Part shown: positions 38,904 through 48,649 of the stretch, in pieces
Layout: the number at the start of each line of letters is the position of its first letter
Numbering within the stretch: the first letter of the stretch is position 1
NCBI GenBank assembly: GCA_016649875.1
Contig: JAENWW010000002.1
Coordinates: 84,851-148,850 of the forward strand
DNA from: Coriobacteriia bacterium
Lineage (GTDB): Bacteria; Actinomycetota; Coriobacteriia; WRKU01; JAENWW01
Direction of reading: 5' to 3'
DNA length: 64,000 nt
Notes under the pieces: generated by a model
The model's input: only the letters and a program-made list of their open reading frames with translations
What the model was told of the DNA's origin: nothing
The model's database searches: none
Position numbers and translations under genes: made by a program

Positions 38904-41771
38904 GTGAAGCGCACGAAAGCGTTGGTTTCTGTTGCGTTGAGCGCGCTATGTTTCGGAACTCTGGCCGTGTTGACGCCGATGGCGTACGCCGCGCATGTGG
39001 AGCCTTTGCCTCTACTCGCGTGGCGTTTTTTCATCGCCGCGCTTGTCATCGGATTTTTGGCCTACCGGCGCAATAAGCATGCGTTCAAAGTGCCCAAGCG
39101 CGATTTGGCACGCTATTTCGCTCTTTCGCTATTTGGGTACGGAGCTTCCTCGCTCGCTTTTTTCATTGCGCTTAAGCACGCCGGTTCCGCGGTGGTATCG
39201 GCTCTTCTGTATGCTTATCCCGCTATCGTGGCGCTTGCCGCTGTGGTTTTCTTCAAAGAGAAGTTGAATCGCAACAAAATAATCGCCATTATCGCGGTCG
39301 CCGTGGGATGCTCACTTGTCGTCGGTCTTTTCGGAGGGAAAGCATCCGCCGAGCCGCTCGGCATCATTCTTGCTCTCATGGCGGCATTTTGCTATGCCGC
39401 GTTCAATCTCATGTCGCAAAGGTGGCTTCCCGGACGGTCGTCGATGACGATGATGTCGTTCACGTTCGGATTTTCCGCCGTACTTTTCGTGATACTGTCA
39501 TTGATCAGCGGTGGGCCGGCACTGCTCTTCAGTGCCATCGGTTGGTCGACTCGGGCGTGGGTACTCATGATACTCATCATCATTTTCCCCACGGTGGTAG
39601 CGATTTTGCTGTACTTGCGCGGCGTCAGACAACTCGGTGCTTCCGAGGCGGCTATCGTATCGACGCTCGAGCCTTTGTTCACCGTACTGTTCGCATGGCT
39701 TGCACTCGGACAAGTGCTCGGGTCCGTTCAGCTTTTAGGTGTGCTGCTGATCGTCGGAGGTATCGCCGCAAGCTCCATAGTCGGTAAAACGGCTGAACCG
39801 CCACCGACCGTTCCGTTGACGACCGATGAAATCCAACAAAATCAACAGCCTGAAAAACCGCCTTTGTCGAAGGGGGAAAGGCGTGGCAAAAAAATCTTCA
39901 TTGCAGTTTTAAGTGTCATCGCCGTCCTCATACTCATTCAAGTCATTGTGATATCCGGTGTTGTGTGGCTGCTCAATCAACCCGCCCCCGACATTTCTTC
40001 GCACAACATTTCGGAGCGGTCTTCTCAAGATTCCATCGTCTACGGCGCCGACGGTAGCGTGCTCGCTACGTGGAAGGGCGATGAAGATCGGGCTATCGTT
40101 GCGTATGCAGCGATACCCCAATGCGTGAAAAATTCGACGGTCGCCATTGAAGACAAACGATTTTACGAGCATGGAGGGGTCGACGTAATCTCAATCGCCA
40201 GGGCGTTGAAGAGAAACACCGAAGCCGGGGTCATCAAACAAGGGGGAAGTACCATCACCCAGCAGCTGATTAAGATGCTCTATACCGGAGATAAACGTAC
40301 GCTTTCACGCAAACTCCGAGAAGCCATCATGGCGACGCGTGTCGAGATGGTCTATGACAAAGATCGTGTTTTGGAGGGCTATCTCAACATGGCTTATTAC
40401 GGGCAAGGTGCGTACGGAATCCAAAGTGCGGCAACCAAATATTTCAGCAAGGATGTGCAGAGACTCAATATTCAAGAAGCCGCCATGCTCGCCGGCCTCG
40501 TGCGGTCGCCGAGTGCCTATAATGCTTTCAAAAATCCGGGGCCCGTCAAGAAACGACGAGATTTAGTGCTCAGGGCGATGAACGAGCAGGGGATGATCAC
40601 GGCGGCACAGTATGAGCTTGCGAAAAATTCTCCGCTCGGTCTTGTGCCTCCCAACTCAGTCTCGCAACAAGTGAAATATCCTTTCTTCGTTGATTACGTT
40701 CGGCGCGACCTCATAAGTAAGCTCGGTGAGGAGGCTGTCAATCACGGTGGACTCGCGGTGCGTACGACGTTCGATCCCGCTCTTCAAAATGCGGCGGAAG
40801 CGACAGCGAAGAAATTCAACAAAAATACCGACCCTGAAGTTTCCATCGTCACCGTCCGACAATCCGACGGAGCGGTATTGGCGATGGTCGGGGGACGCGA
40901 TTGGGGACAGAACCAATATAACTTGGCCACACAGGGCAGAAGGCAGCCGGGATCTGCATTCAAGCCGTTTACGCTTATCACGGCACTCGAAAACGGAGTG
41001 TCACTCAGCAAAACGTATTCCACGGCGTCCTATTCGACTCCTGTCAAAGATGGGGTGTGGAAGGTTTCGAACTTCTCAGAGAGCATGACTTCGAGTTCGA
41101 TGACACTTCGTCAGGCAACCGTGTGGTCGGTCAACACCGTATATGCGCGATTGATAATGCAGGTGGGGGCGAAAAAGGTCGCCGCTACGGCGAAAAAGAT
41201 GGGGTTTTCAAGCGAGATCAATCCCGACCCGGCAATTGCGCTCGGTGGCTTGAAATACGGGGTATCTCCTCTTGAGATGGCATCGGCATATGCGACAATC
41301 GCCGATAATGGGCAACGGACACCGACGACGGGAATCGTTTCCGTCGTCGACCGTGACGGAAAAACGCTCTATAAGCCATCCTTGAAAAAGACGCGCATAT
41401 ATTCTGAAAAGACGGGAGTGCAAGTCGCATCCGTTCTGCACGAGGTGGTGGCAGACGGTACGGGGCAGGCCTCACGTATTTCTGAAAGTTCCGCCGGTAA
41501 AACCGGTACGACGCAATCGTATCGCGATGCATGGTTCGTCGGTTGGGCGCACGGTGTTTCGACCGCCGTGTGGATGGGGCATCCCGAAGCCCAAGTGGAA
41601 ATGACTCATGTCAGGGGAAAAGCGGTCACGGGTGGAAGTTTCCCTGCGCAGATGTGGGCCCGATACATGCAAAGCGCCATCGAAATCCGTCCCCTTCAAG
41701 GTTGCCTTATGTCTGCGCACCAGCAAACGGTGACAGGCGGGCAAGGGGTCGATGTGGTGGCTGAGCCCTGA
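38904..41771 (+). CDS. Fusion ORF: N-terminal EamA/DMT-type 10-TM transporter domain (~300 aa) + class A penicillin-binding protein (TM anchor, GT51 transglycosylase, transpeptidase)
   Basis: Continuous 955-aa ORF with a GTG start at 38904 and a GAAAGGGAG RBS. Residues 1-300 are 10 hydrophobic helices with a tandem EamA pattern. Then comes a Pro/Gln linker and a TM KKIFIAVLSVIAVLILIQVIVISGVV. Then GT51 motifs EDKRFYEHGGVD and GGSTITQQL. Then the transpeptidase region (SAFKPF for SxxK, SxN, KTGT). Confidence 0.7.
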   Translation: MKRTKALVSVALSALCFGTLAVLTPMAYAAHVEPLPLLAWRFFIAALVIGFLAYRRNKHAFKVPKRDLARYFALSLFGYGASSLAFFIALKHAGSAVVSALLYAYPAIVALAAVVFFKEKLNRNKIIAIIAVAVGCSLVVGLFGGKASAEPLGIILALMAAFCYAAFNLMSQRWLPGRSSMTMMSFTFGFSAVLFVILSLISGGPALLFSAIGWSTRAWVLMILIIIFPTVVAILLYLRGVRQLGASEAAIVSTLEPLFTVLFAWLALGQVLGSVQLLGVLLIVGGIAASSIVGKTAEPPPTVPLTTDEIQQNQQPEKPPLSKGERRGKKIFIAVLSVIAVLILIQVIVISGVVWLLNQPAPDISSHNISERSSQDSIVYGADGSVLATWKGDEDRAIVAYAAIPQCVKNSTVAIEDKRFYEHGGVDVISIARALKRNTEAGVIKQGGSTITQQLIKMLYTGDKRTLSRKLREAIMATRVEMVYDKDRVLEGYLNMAYYGQGAYGIQSAATKYFSKDVQRLNIQEAAMLAGLVRSPSAYNAFKNPGPVKKRRDLVLRAMNEQGMITAAQYELAKNSPLGLVPPNSVSQQVKYPFFVDYVRRDLISKLGEEAVNHGGLAVRTTFDPALQNAAEATAKKFNKNTDPEVSIVTVRQSDGAVLAMVGGRDWGQNQYNLATQGRRQPGSAFKPFTLITALENGVSLSKTYSTASYSTPVKDGVWKVSNFSESMTSSSMTLRQATVWSVNTVYARLIMQVGAKKVAATAKKMGFSSEINPDPAIALGGLKYGVSPLEMASAYATIADNGQRTPTTGIVSVVDRDGKTLYKPSLKKTRIYSEKTGVQVASVLHEVVADGTGQASRISESSAGKTGTTQSYRDAWFVGWAHGVSTAVWMGHPEAQVEMTHVRGKAVTGGSFPAQMWARYMQSAIEIRPLQGCLMSAHQQTVTGGQGVDVVAEP

Positions 41772-41785
41772 AAGACGTGCGGAGC

Positions 41786-42157
41786 TTAAGACCAGTTACT
41801 TTCGGGCGCATCGGCGAGGCGGGCGAGGCGGCTTTGCTCCTCCTCGATTGCACTTATGACTTTCGGCAGAGTAATCAAACCATCGTAAAAAATTGTTTCG
41901 TTGACCGTGGAAATCGGCCAAAACAAACTGCGCTCCTGTATTTCATGGATGAGTTTTTCACTGAGAAGAGACGGGTTTTCATTGACATCGACATACTCGA
42001 CGTCGACATCGGGGTATCGGCGTTCGACTTCATCGCCGACCATTGCGGTGATCTCAGACTGAGACCATGAAGGGCCTCAACCGCCTGAAAAGCAGTTCGC
42101 TTCTTCGGGACGGTCGTACACTCTGATATGGATGGTTTTTACATTGGGAATCGACAT
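41786..42157 (-). CDS. Candidate selenoprotein: small thioredoxin-fold-like protein with in-frame TGA (Sec) in a C-x4-U-G-P-S motif
   Basis: Minus strand, ATG at 42157. MSIPNVKTIHIRVYDRPEEANCFSGG-TGA(42079..42077)-GPSWSQSEITA runs in frame into the 85-aa track ORF MVGDEVERRY...FWPISTVNETIFYDGLITLPK. A 6-bp hairpin GGTCTC-AGTCT-GAGATC starts 11 nt after the TGA. A complete sel gene set is present in the same window. Confidence 0.45.
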
Positions 42158-42388
42158 GGGCTCAACTTTCTCATTAAAAGTATTTAGATTTTTCAATATA
42201 AAACATTTACGAACGAAATGAAAGGGCTTTGGGAAAATAGGGATATTCCTCATTTTTCAGTTCGAAAAAACAGCTCCGTATTATTGTGTTTAGCTGTGAC
42301 TTCATATAAAGTTTATACTATATGGAATTTATGAGGAGATGCGTTTTCGAATACTCTTCATTTGTGGTTTGAGAAGGAGAAGATACGT

Positions 42389-43327
42389 ATGGCTTGTCAC
42401 CCAATAGCTGCGTTTAAAAACCCAGTGACTCGGCCGCGCGCAATCATTTGGACGGGAACGATTCTTGCATCGTTGTGCATGCTCGTGTTCGTCATGTTTG
42501 CAGCGACCACATCGTATTGGTTCTGCGCCGGCATTTGTCACAGCGTACAAGATGACACTATCGGTTCCTACCAGCGGTCCGCGCACAGCAATGTGTCTTG
42601 TATCGCATGTCACCTTCCCGCTAATGCGAATCCGCTCGTTTACGCAATCCACAAGGTGGAGGCTCTCCCCGAATTGCCGATGGCCATATTCGGCAACTAC
42701 ACTCTTCCGCTCAACGCCGAGAGTGAAGTCTCGATGAGCAAAAAGCTGTTCCCCGACACGCAGTGTACCCAGTGCCATGATTTGAGCACTCGTGAAGTCA
42801 CGCCAAGTAGCGGAATCATCATCGATCACACGGCGCATGCCGATGAAGGCGTTCGTTGTACGATGTGCCACAACCGCGTAGCGCACAACGAATCCGGCGA
42901 TTGGTCTCCGACCGGCGTCAACCCGAAAACTAAAGAGCCGAGCGCAAAGCATGCCGACTTCTTGACGATGACGGCGTGCTATCGTTGCCACGGTCTCGAA
43001 AAAGGTTCGCCTGCGCCCGGAACATGTTTGACATGCCATCCAAAGACTTTCAATTTCAAGCCGAGTGATCACGCGACCGCAGACTTCATGAAAAACCACG
43101 GTAAACTCGCCAAGGCTGAAGTCGAGAAGGTCGCCGAAGCGACCAAGGAAACGGGAGTCCCCTCGCCGACCGCGGATGAAAAATTTGCTTCAGTCGAAAA
43201 ACTGGCTGCTCAAAAGAATGATAAGTCTTCCAAGGATGACGCGACGCTTGCTCCCGTCGGGACGATTGATCGCTGTTATAGCTGTCACGATAAGGCGACG
43301 TTCTGCGACAAGTGTCACGGCAAGTAG
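42389..43327 (+). CDS. Membrane-anchored multiheme c-type cytochrome (NapC/NirT/NrfH-like N-terminus; 7 CXXCH + 1 CX3CH)
   Basis: N-terminal TM AIIWTGTILASLCMLVFVMFAA. Heme-binding motifs CIACH, CTQCH, CTMCH, CYRCH, CLTCH, CYSCH, CDKCH, plus CAGICH. ATG at 42389 with a GAGAAGGAGAAG RBS. Confidence 0.8.
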   Translation: MACHPIAAFKNPVTRPRAIIWTGTILASLCMLVFVMFAATTSYWFCAGICHSVQDDTIGSYQRSAHSNVSCIACHLPANANPLVYAIHKVEALPELPMAIFGNYTLPLNAESEVSMSKKLFPDTQCTQCHDLSTREVTPSSGIIIDHTAHADEGVRCTMCHNRVAHNESGDWSPTGVNPKTKEPSAKHADFLTMTACYRCHGLEKGSPAPGTCLTCHPKTFNFKPSDHATADFMKNHGKLAKAEVEKVAEATKETGVPSPTADEKFASVEKLAAQKNDKSSKDDATLAPVGTIDRCYSCHDKATFCDKCHGK

Positions 43328-43400
43328 ATTCTTCACTCGGAAGAGTTGCGATTCTTGCCACCGCAAGGATTGATAGCGAGAAAGAACGGTCTTGATGAAA

Positions 43401-43429
43401 GAGCCCCGATTTTTCGGGACTCTTTTTTT
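43401..43429 (+). terminator. Rho-independent terminator after the cytochrome c gene
   Basis: GAGCCCCGA-TTTTT-CGGGACTC stem-loop followed by TTTTTTT. Confidence 0.5.
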
Positions 43430-43479
43430 GTTGGATTCGAGATTTGAGTGTTATTCTAGAAAAGCGAGAAAAATAGCGT

Positions 43480-43556
<77 letters not shown>

Positions 43557-43621
43557 TCTTTTTTGCAGGGAACGTTATATTCGGAGTCCGGCTGTGGCCG
43601 GGCTCTCTTTTTATATCGAAA

Positions 43622-44395
43622 TCATTTTGCAAACGCGGATAAGATCGCGCGCCTCCAACTTCCCGGTATACGTGTCGCTATGCCGACGAGCAAGGCGAAC
43701 TGTGTGCCGGGGATGATGACGGGTTTCTTGTTCATCAGTGCCTGGTATCCTTCGCGCGCGACTTGTCCGGGGTTGTATCCGTATTTTTCAAATGCATCGG
43801 TGGTGCGCACGGTATGCGCTCGCTTGGCAAATCCGGTTTTCGCCGGTCCCGGGCAGATGGCCGTCGCGCTGAGATCCCCCTTATGTGCAATCTCGATGTT
43901 GAGCGTTTCGGTGAAAGAGAGTACGAATGCTTTCGTTGCCGAATAAACACCGAGGTAGGGTGTGGGGAGAAATCCGGCAATCGAGCTGACGTTGGCTATG
44001 CGTCCGTACCTGCGGACTGCCATATCTCGGGCGAATAAGTATGTCAATGAGGTGAGTGTTGTGATATTGAGTGAAATCATGTTGAGCTGATCTTCGAGAC
44101 GGAGTTCGAGAAATTCTCCCTCGAGTCCGTATCCGGCGTTGTTGACGAGAAAATCAACGGTGGTGTGCGTAGCGGCCAGCTCGTTATAAATCTCTTCTGC
44201 TGCGTCCGGTCTTGAGAGGTCTTTGACAATCACCGTGGTTTTCACGTCGGCGAACTCGGCAGCCACAGATTCGAGCTTCTCTCTGTTCTGTGCAACGAGT
44301 ACGAGGTCGTATCCGTCCGCCGCAAAAAGGCGTGCGAATTCATGGCCGAATCCTCCGCTTGCGCCGGTGATGAGTGCGGTTTTTCGATTATCCAT
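43622..44395 (-). CDS. SDR family NAD(P)-dependent oxidoreductase
   Basis: TALITGASGGFG (Rossmann TGxxxGxG), NNAG, and a YxxxK catalytic dyad region (YSATKAF). Confidence 0.85.
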   Translation of the reverse strand: MDNRKTALITGASGGFGHEFARLFAADGYDLVLVAQNREKLESVAAEFADVKTTVIVKDLSRPDAAEEIYNELAATHTTVDFLVNNAGYGLEGEFLELRLEDQLNMISLNITTLTSLTYLFARDMAVRRYGRIANVSSIAGFLPTPYLGVYSATKAFVLSFTETLNIEIAHKGDLSATAICPGPAKTGFAKRAHTVRTTDAFEKYGYNPGQVAREGYQALMNKKPVIIPGTQFALLVGIATRIPGSWRRAILSAFAK

Positions 44396-44475
44396 AATCG
44401 CTCCTTGTTATTGAGTGCGGTGGTAAGATTCACTGTAGTCTTAAAGAGATAAAAACAGGAGGAATCGGAAATTTC

Positions 44476-45174
44476 ATGCATGCATTTCTCAATTATATCT
44501 TTTTGGTCGGTTCGGGATTATGCCACCAAATACCTGCGCGCTCGTTATTTTTCAATGGCGTGCAGCTGCCGCTTTGCGCACGTTGCACAGGGATCTATGT
44601 CGGCTTCATCGTAGCATTCCTCATTTTGGCATTTGCGTACCGTTCCGCGAATCGGCGCGGAGGCTTATCCTGGTTCTATTATCCGGTCGGCGTGGTGTTG
44701 ATTCTTCCCATGATTTATGACGGGTTTTCTTCTTACCTGGGCTTTCGTTCGACGACCAACGGACTTCGACTCGTCACGGGCGCCGCGTTCGGAGCGGCAC
44801 TGGCTCCGATCATCTATGCCCTCATCGCGGATGCGCTCATGGCGAGAGGCGAGGAGACCGAGGTACTCGGGGATGTTTCGGGCAGAGTACTTTATTTGTG
44901 TGCCGTTCCCTTGACGGTCATGGGTGTACATGTCGTCGGGGATATTTCGGTCTTTGTTTTGTATTTCCTGGTGGCACTGAGCGTACTCTCGCTCTTTACG
45001 TTGACGGCGCTGGCGGTCGTTGCGACATTGCCCCCGTATTATCGCACGGTTTCAAACGTGCGCACGGCCCTTCTGCCGTGCGCCATCGCGTTGATTCTCG
45101 GTGTCGCGATTTTATTCGGAACATGGCAACTGCAAACCGAAATTCATAGAATGATCGGTTATTCGTCGGTGTAG
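44476..45174 (+). CDS. DUF2085-like integral membrane protein
   Basis: CHQIPARSLFFNGVQLPLCARCTGIY N-terminal Cys motif typical of DUF2085, followed by multiple TMs. Confidence 0.5.
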   Translation: MHAFLNYIFLVGSGLCHQIPARSLFFNGVQLPLCARCTGIYVGFIVAFLILAFAYRSANRRGGLSWFYYPVGVVLILPMIYDGFSSYLGFRSTTNGLRLVTGAAFGAALAPIIYALIADALMARGEETEVLGDVSGRVLYLCAVPLTVMGVHVVGDISVFVLYFLVALSVLSLFTLTALAVVATLPPYYRTVSNVRTALLPCAIALILGVAILFGTWQLQTEIHRMIGYSSV

Positions 45175-45268
45175 GCATGCCTCAATTTATAAAGACGTGT
45201 ATAAAGACGTGTACTATAATGGGACGTAAAAGATATGTTGCGTCGACACGCAGGTTGAAAGGAATCTC

Positions 45269-46069
45269 ATGTTCAACGATGTACCGCAGATTGATATCGG
45301 AGTTTTCGGCGGCAGTGGTTTTTACGATTTGTTGGATTCTGCACAAGAGTATAAAGTCCATACCCCCTATGGCGCCCCTTCTTCGACGGTCATGGTCGGT
45401 GAAATCGGTGGGAAAAAAGTCGGGTTCATCCCTCGCCACAACAAGGAGCACGGCATTCCTCCGCACTTGATCAACTACAGAGCGAATATGTATGCCATGC
45501 ATCTCATGGGGGCGAAACGCGTTCTCGGACCGAGTGCCAGCGGTTCGCTGCAGGCCCATGTCAAGCCGGGCGATTTTGTCATCGTCGACCAATTCGTCGA
45601 TCGCACGTGTTGCCGCGCAGATACGTTTTATGAGTCTCAACGGGTGACGCATGTGTCCTCGGCTGATCCGTACTGCCCCGAACTCAGGCGAATCGCAATC
45701 GACAATTGTAAAAAGCTCGACATTCCCGTGCATGAAACCGGAACGGTCGTCGTCGTCAACGGTCCGCGTTTTTCGACACGCGCCGAGTCGAAATGGTTTG
45801 CAAATCAGGGGTGGGAAGTGATCAACATGACTCAGTATCCCGAGGGTTATCTTGCCCGAGAGCTTGAGATTTGTTATGTCAACATTGCGTTGATAACCGA
45901 CTACGACGCGGGTGTCGACAGCGCCGACGCAGTGGTCAACTCCGATGTCGCTCGTGTATTCGCGGATAACCTCGATAAACTCAAGAACTTGCTTGATGCG
46001 ATGATTCCCGAGATTCCCGTCGAGCGCACTTGCATTTGTTCGACGGCGCTCGAGTTCGCCGAGATGTAG
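45269..46069 (+). CDS. mtnP: S-methyl-5'-thioadenosine phosphorylase (purine nucleoside phosphorylase family)
   Basis: IGVFGGSGFYDL, PRHNKEHGIPPHLINYRANMYAMHLMGAKRVLGPSASGSL, typical of MTAP. Confidence 0.8.
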   Translation: MFNDVPQIDIGVFGGSGFYDLLDSAQEYKVHTPYGAPSSTVMVGEIGGKKVGFIPRHNKEHGIPPHLINYRANMYAMHLMGAKRVLGPSASGSLQAHVKPGDFVIVDQFVDRTCCRADTFYESQRVTHVSSADPYCPELRRIAIDNCKKLDIPVHETGTVVVVNGPRFSTRAESKWFANQGWEVINMTQYPEGYLARELEICYVNIALITDYDAGVDSADAVVNSDVARVFADNLDKLKNLLDAMIPEIPVERTCICSTALEFAEM

Positions 46070-46194
46070 GTTTTGAATTACCGCTTAAGAGGGAAAACCG
46101 ACTCGTCGGGTGGTGTTCGGACGGTTTTTAAGGTATTCTTCGTAGTCGTACAAAGTTGTGCAAGTATTCGTTTCGTTTTGATGGAGGTATTCAT

Positions 46195-46440
46195 ATGCCA
46201 TTTACTGGTGGAATAGGCGCACCTGAACTTATTATCATTCTAGTGGTCGTCCTGGTTCTCTTCGGGCCGAAACAGCTTCCTAAGCTCGGTAAGATGTTTG
46301 GAAAAACTGTGAAAGAGGCTCGTAAGGGAATGGATTCTTTTAACGATGAAATGAAGACCGAAGAAACCGCTGAGGTCGAAGATACGCCCGCCGCGGCGAA
46401 GGAAGCCGATACTTCGGATTCTTCCAAGGAAGCCAAGTAG
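46195..46440 (+). CDS. tatA: Twin-arginine translocase subunit TatA/E
   Basis: [37 protein letters not shown] (TM plus amphipathic helix). GGAGG RBS. Confidence 0.8.
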   Translation: MPFTGGIGAPELIIILVVVLVLFGPKQLPKLGKMFGKTVKEARKGMDSFNDEMKTEETAEVEDTPAAAKEADTSDSSKEAK

Positions 46441-46654
46441 CTGATTTTCGCGTGGAAACGGCATTATGCATGATTTCGCACGAGGTCAAGTGATTTTATA
46501 AACTATTCGGCACTTTTATTGATGAGTTGCTATAATGAGTGGAACTTTATGAATGAAAAGCGGGCTGTCCATACAGGGCGGCCCGCACAGTTGCACAATG
46601 AGGAACTTTGCCGATGCGGCGCATCAAGCTTTGCGTATAGGGGTGTAAAAGAAT

Positions 46655-47134
46655 ATGACTCAAGATTTCATACTTACTGCTGAAGGAAAGAAAAAGCTCG
46701 AAGATGAGCTTTCGAATCTTGTGAATGTCGTGCGCGGTGAAGTAATCGAGCGCATCAAAGAGGCCAAAAGTTTCGGGGATCTTTCCGAAAATTCAGAATA
46801 TGACGAGGCGAAAAAAGCCCAGGGGATGAGCGAAGGTCGCATACAAGAGATTACCCAGATTCTTGAAAACGCTTCGATCGTCGAAGTGCCGAAGCGTATC
46901 ACACGCGTGTCTGTGGGCACCGAAGCGGTTATCGAAGATGTGGACGGTAAAGCCACCATCACCGTCAAAATAGTCGGAACCGCCGAGTGCAATCCGGCGG
47001 ATATGGAAATCAGCAACGAATCTCCCATAGGCTCGGCACTCATCGGCTTGAAAAAGGACGAAATCGCGGAGGTCGACACCCCTGCGGGCCATAAGAGCTA
47101 TAAGGTAGTATCCATTAAAGCAATCAAGAGGTAG
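46655..47134 (+). CDS. greA: Transcription elongation factor GreA
   Basis: LTAEGKKKLEDEL...FGDLSENSEYDEAK is the GreA N-terminal coiled-coil signature. Confidence 0.9.
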   Translation: MTQDFILTAEGKKKLEDELSNLVNVVRGEVIERIKEAKSFGDLSENSEYDEAKKAQGMSEGRIQEITQILENASIVEVPKRITRVSVGTEAVIEDVDGKATITVKIVGTAECNPADMEISNESPIGSALIGLKKDEIAEVDTPAGHKSYKVVSIKAIKR

Positions 47135-47143
47135 TGACACATA

Positions 47144-48649
47144 ATGCCAGAAGATAGAGTTGATTCGCGACAGGCACCCGATTGCGAGGACCCTATGACG
47201 GTTCGTAAGAATAAAGTCGGAGAGTTGCGAGAAGCAGGAATCCAACCTTATGCGAGCGGATACATCCCCGATTCGCGCTCTGGCGATCTCAATGAGAAAT
47301 ACGTCGATTTGGAAAACGATGTCGAAACTCCCGATATCGTCACCGTCGCGGGACGTCTTGTGGCAAAAAGGAACCAAGGTAAAATGGGCTTCTATGTCAT
47401 CCGTGACGCGCAAGGTGATTTGCAACTGTTCGTTCGGAAGAACATTCTCGGTGATGAAGAATACGAAGAGGCCAAGAATCTCGATCTCGGTGATTGGATT
47501 TTTGCGCGCGGCAACGTCGTTCGCAGCCGCCGCGGTGAGCTTTCGATTCAGCCGACGGAAATCGTTTTGCTGTCGAAGTCCTTGCGACCGCTCCCCGAGA
47601 AATTCCACGGTCTTACCGATAGGGAAACCCGCTATCGTCAACGCTATATCGATTTGATCGCAAATCCCGAAGTCCACACCACTTTCGTCACGCGCTTCAG
47701 AATCATTTCGGCAATCAGAGAATTCATGAATGCGAGAGGCTATCTCGAGGTCGAGACACCTATGCTGCAGCCGATTCCCGGCGGAGCGACCGCCCGTCCT
47801 TTCGTAACCCATCACAATGCGCTCAATATGCCCTTGTATTTGCGTATCGCACCTGAGCTCTATCTCAAGCGCCTTCTCGTCGGCGGTTTCGAGAAGGTTT
47901 ACGAAATCAACCGATCATTTAGAAATGAAGGAATGTCTGTACGCCACAATCCGGAATTCACCATGATCGAGGCATACCAGGCGTTCGGCAATATGGAATC
48001 CATGATGGAGCTCGTCGAGTCTCTCATCGTTCATGCGGCGCAAACGGTACTCGGGATCACCGAAGTCGAGTACCAAGGAATGCACGTGTCACTCAGCGGG
48101 CCTTGGCGTCGCGCGAAGCTGGCCGATTTGGTGAGTGAAAAGGTCGGTCACGCCATCGATGTGCATACGCCTCGCGAGGAGTTGGTGGCGCTCTGCGAGA
48201 AGTTCGATGTCTTCTTCGAGGACTCATACGGAGCCGGCAAGCTTCTTCTCGAACTTTTCGAAAAGCTCGTCGAGGCGACGATTATCGAACCGACGTTCGT
48301 CTACGAGTATCCCGCCGAAGTGTCTCCGCTTTCCCGTCGCAACGACGCGGATCCCGATGTGGTCGATCGATTCGAACTCTTTATAACCGGTCGTGAATTC
48401 GCCAACGCATTCTCCGAGCTCAACGATCCCATCGATCAGCGCGAGCGTTTCGAAGCCCAAGCCGCCGCCAAAGATGCCGGCGATGAAGAGGCCATGTGGG
48501 TGGATGAAGATTATCTGCGCGCGCAAGAGTACGGCATGCCTCCCGCCGGAGGAATGGGCATCGGTATCGACCGCCTCGTCATGTTGTTGACGGACTCTCC
48601 CTCCATTCGCGATGTTTTACTCTTTCCTCACATGCGACCGGAAGCATAA
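47144..48649 (+). CDS. lysS: Lysine--tRNA ligase (class II)
   Basis: OB-fold N-domain, class II motifs FRNEGMSVRHNPEFTMIEAY and GGMGIGIDRLVMLL. The start is uncertain (ATG 47144 or 47196). Confidence 0.9.
   Translation: MPEDRVDSRQAPDCEDPMTVRKNKVGELREAGIQPYASGYIPDSRSGDLNEKYVDLENDVETPDIVTVAGRLVAKRNQGKMGFYVIRDAQGDLQLFVRKNILGDEEYEEAKNLDLGDWIFARGNVVRSRRGELSIQPTEIVLLSKSLRPLPEKFHGLTDRETRYRQRYIDLIANPEVHTTFVTRFRIISAIREFMNARGYLEVETPMLQPIPGGATARPFVTHHNALNMPLYLRIAPELYLKRLLVGGFEKVYEINRSFRNEGMSVRHNPEFTMIEAYQAFGNMESMMELVESLIVHAAQTVLGITEVEYQGMHVSLSGPWRRAKLADLVSEKVGHAIDVHTPREELVALCEKFDVFFEDSYGAGKLLLELFEKLVEATIIEPTFVYEYPAEVSPLSRRNDADPDVVDRFELFITGREFANAFSELNDPIDQRERFEAQAAAKDAGDEEAMWVDEDYLRAQEYGMPPAGGMGIGIDRLVMLLTDSPSIRDVLLFPHMRPEA

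Noticed and set aside
39308-39787. 159-aa internal ORF in the alternative frame of the EamA-PBP gene, as a possible sign of a frameshift
   Set aside because: The main frame is continuous with consistent hydropathy and motifs across the junction. The alternative frame is Arg-rich GC-frame noise.
42329-43099. 256-aa minus-strand ORF
   Set aside because: It is antisense to the multiheme cytochrome c gene, which has strong motif support. The high-GC content produces a long open antisense frame.
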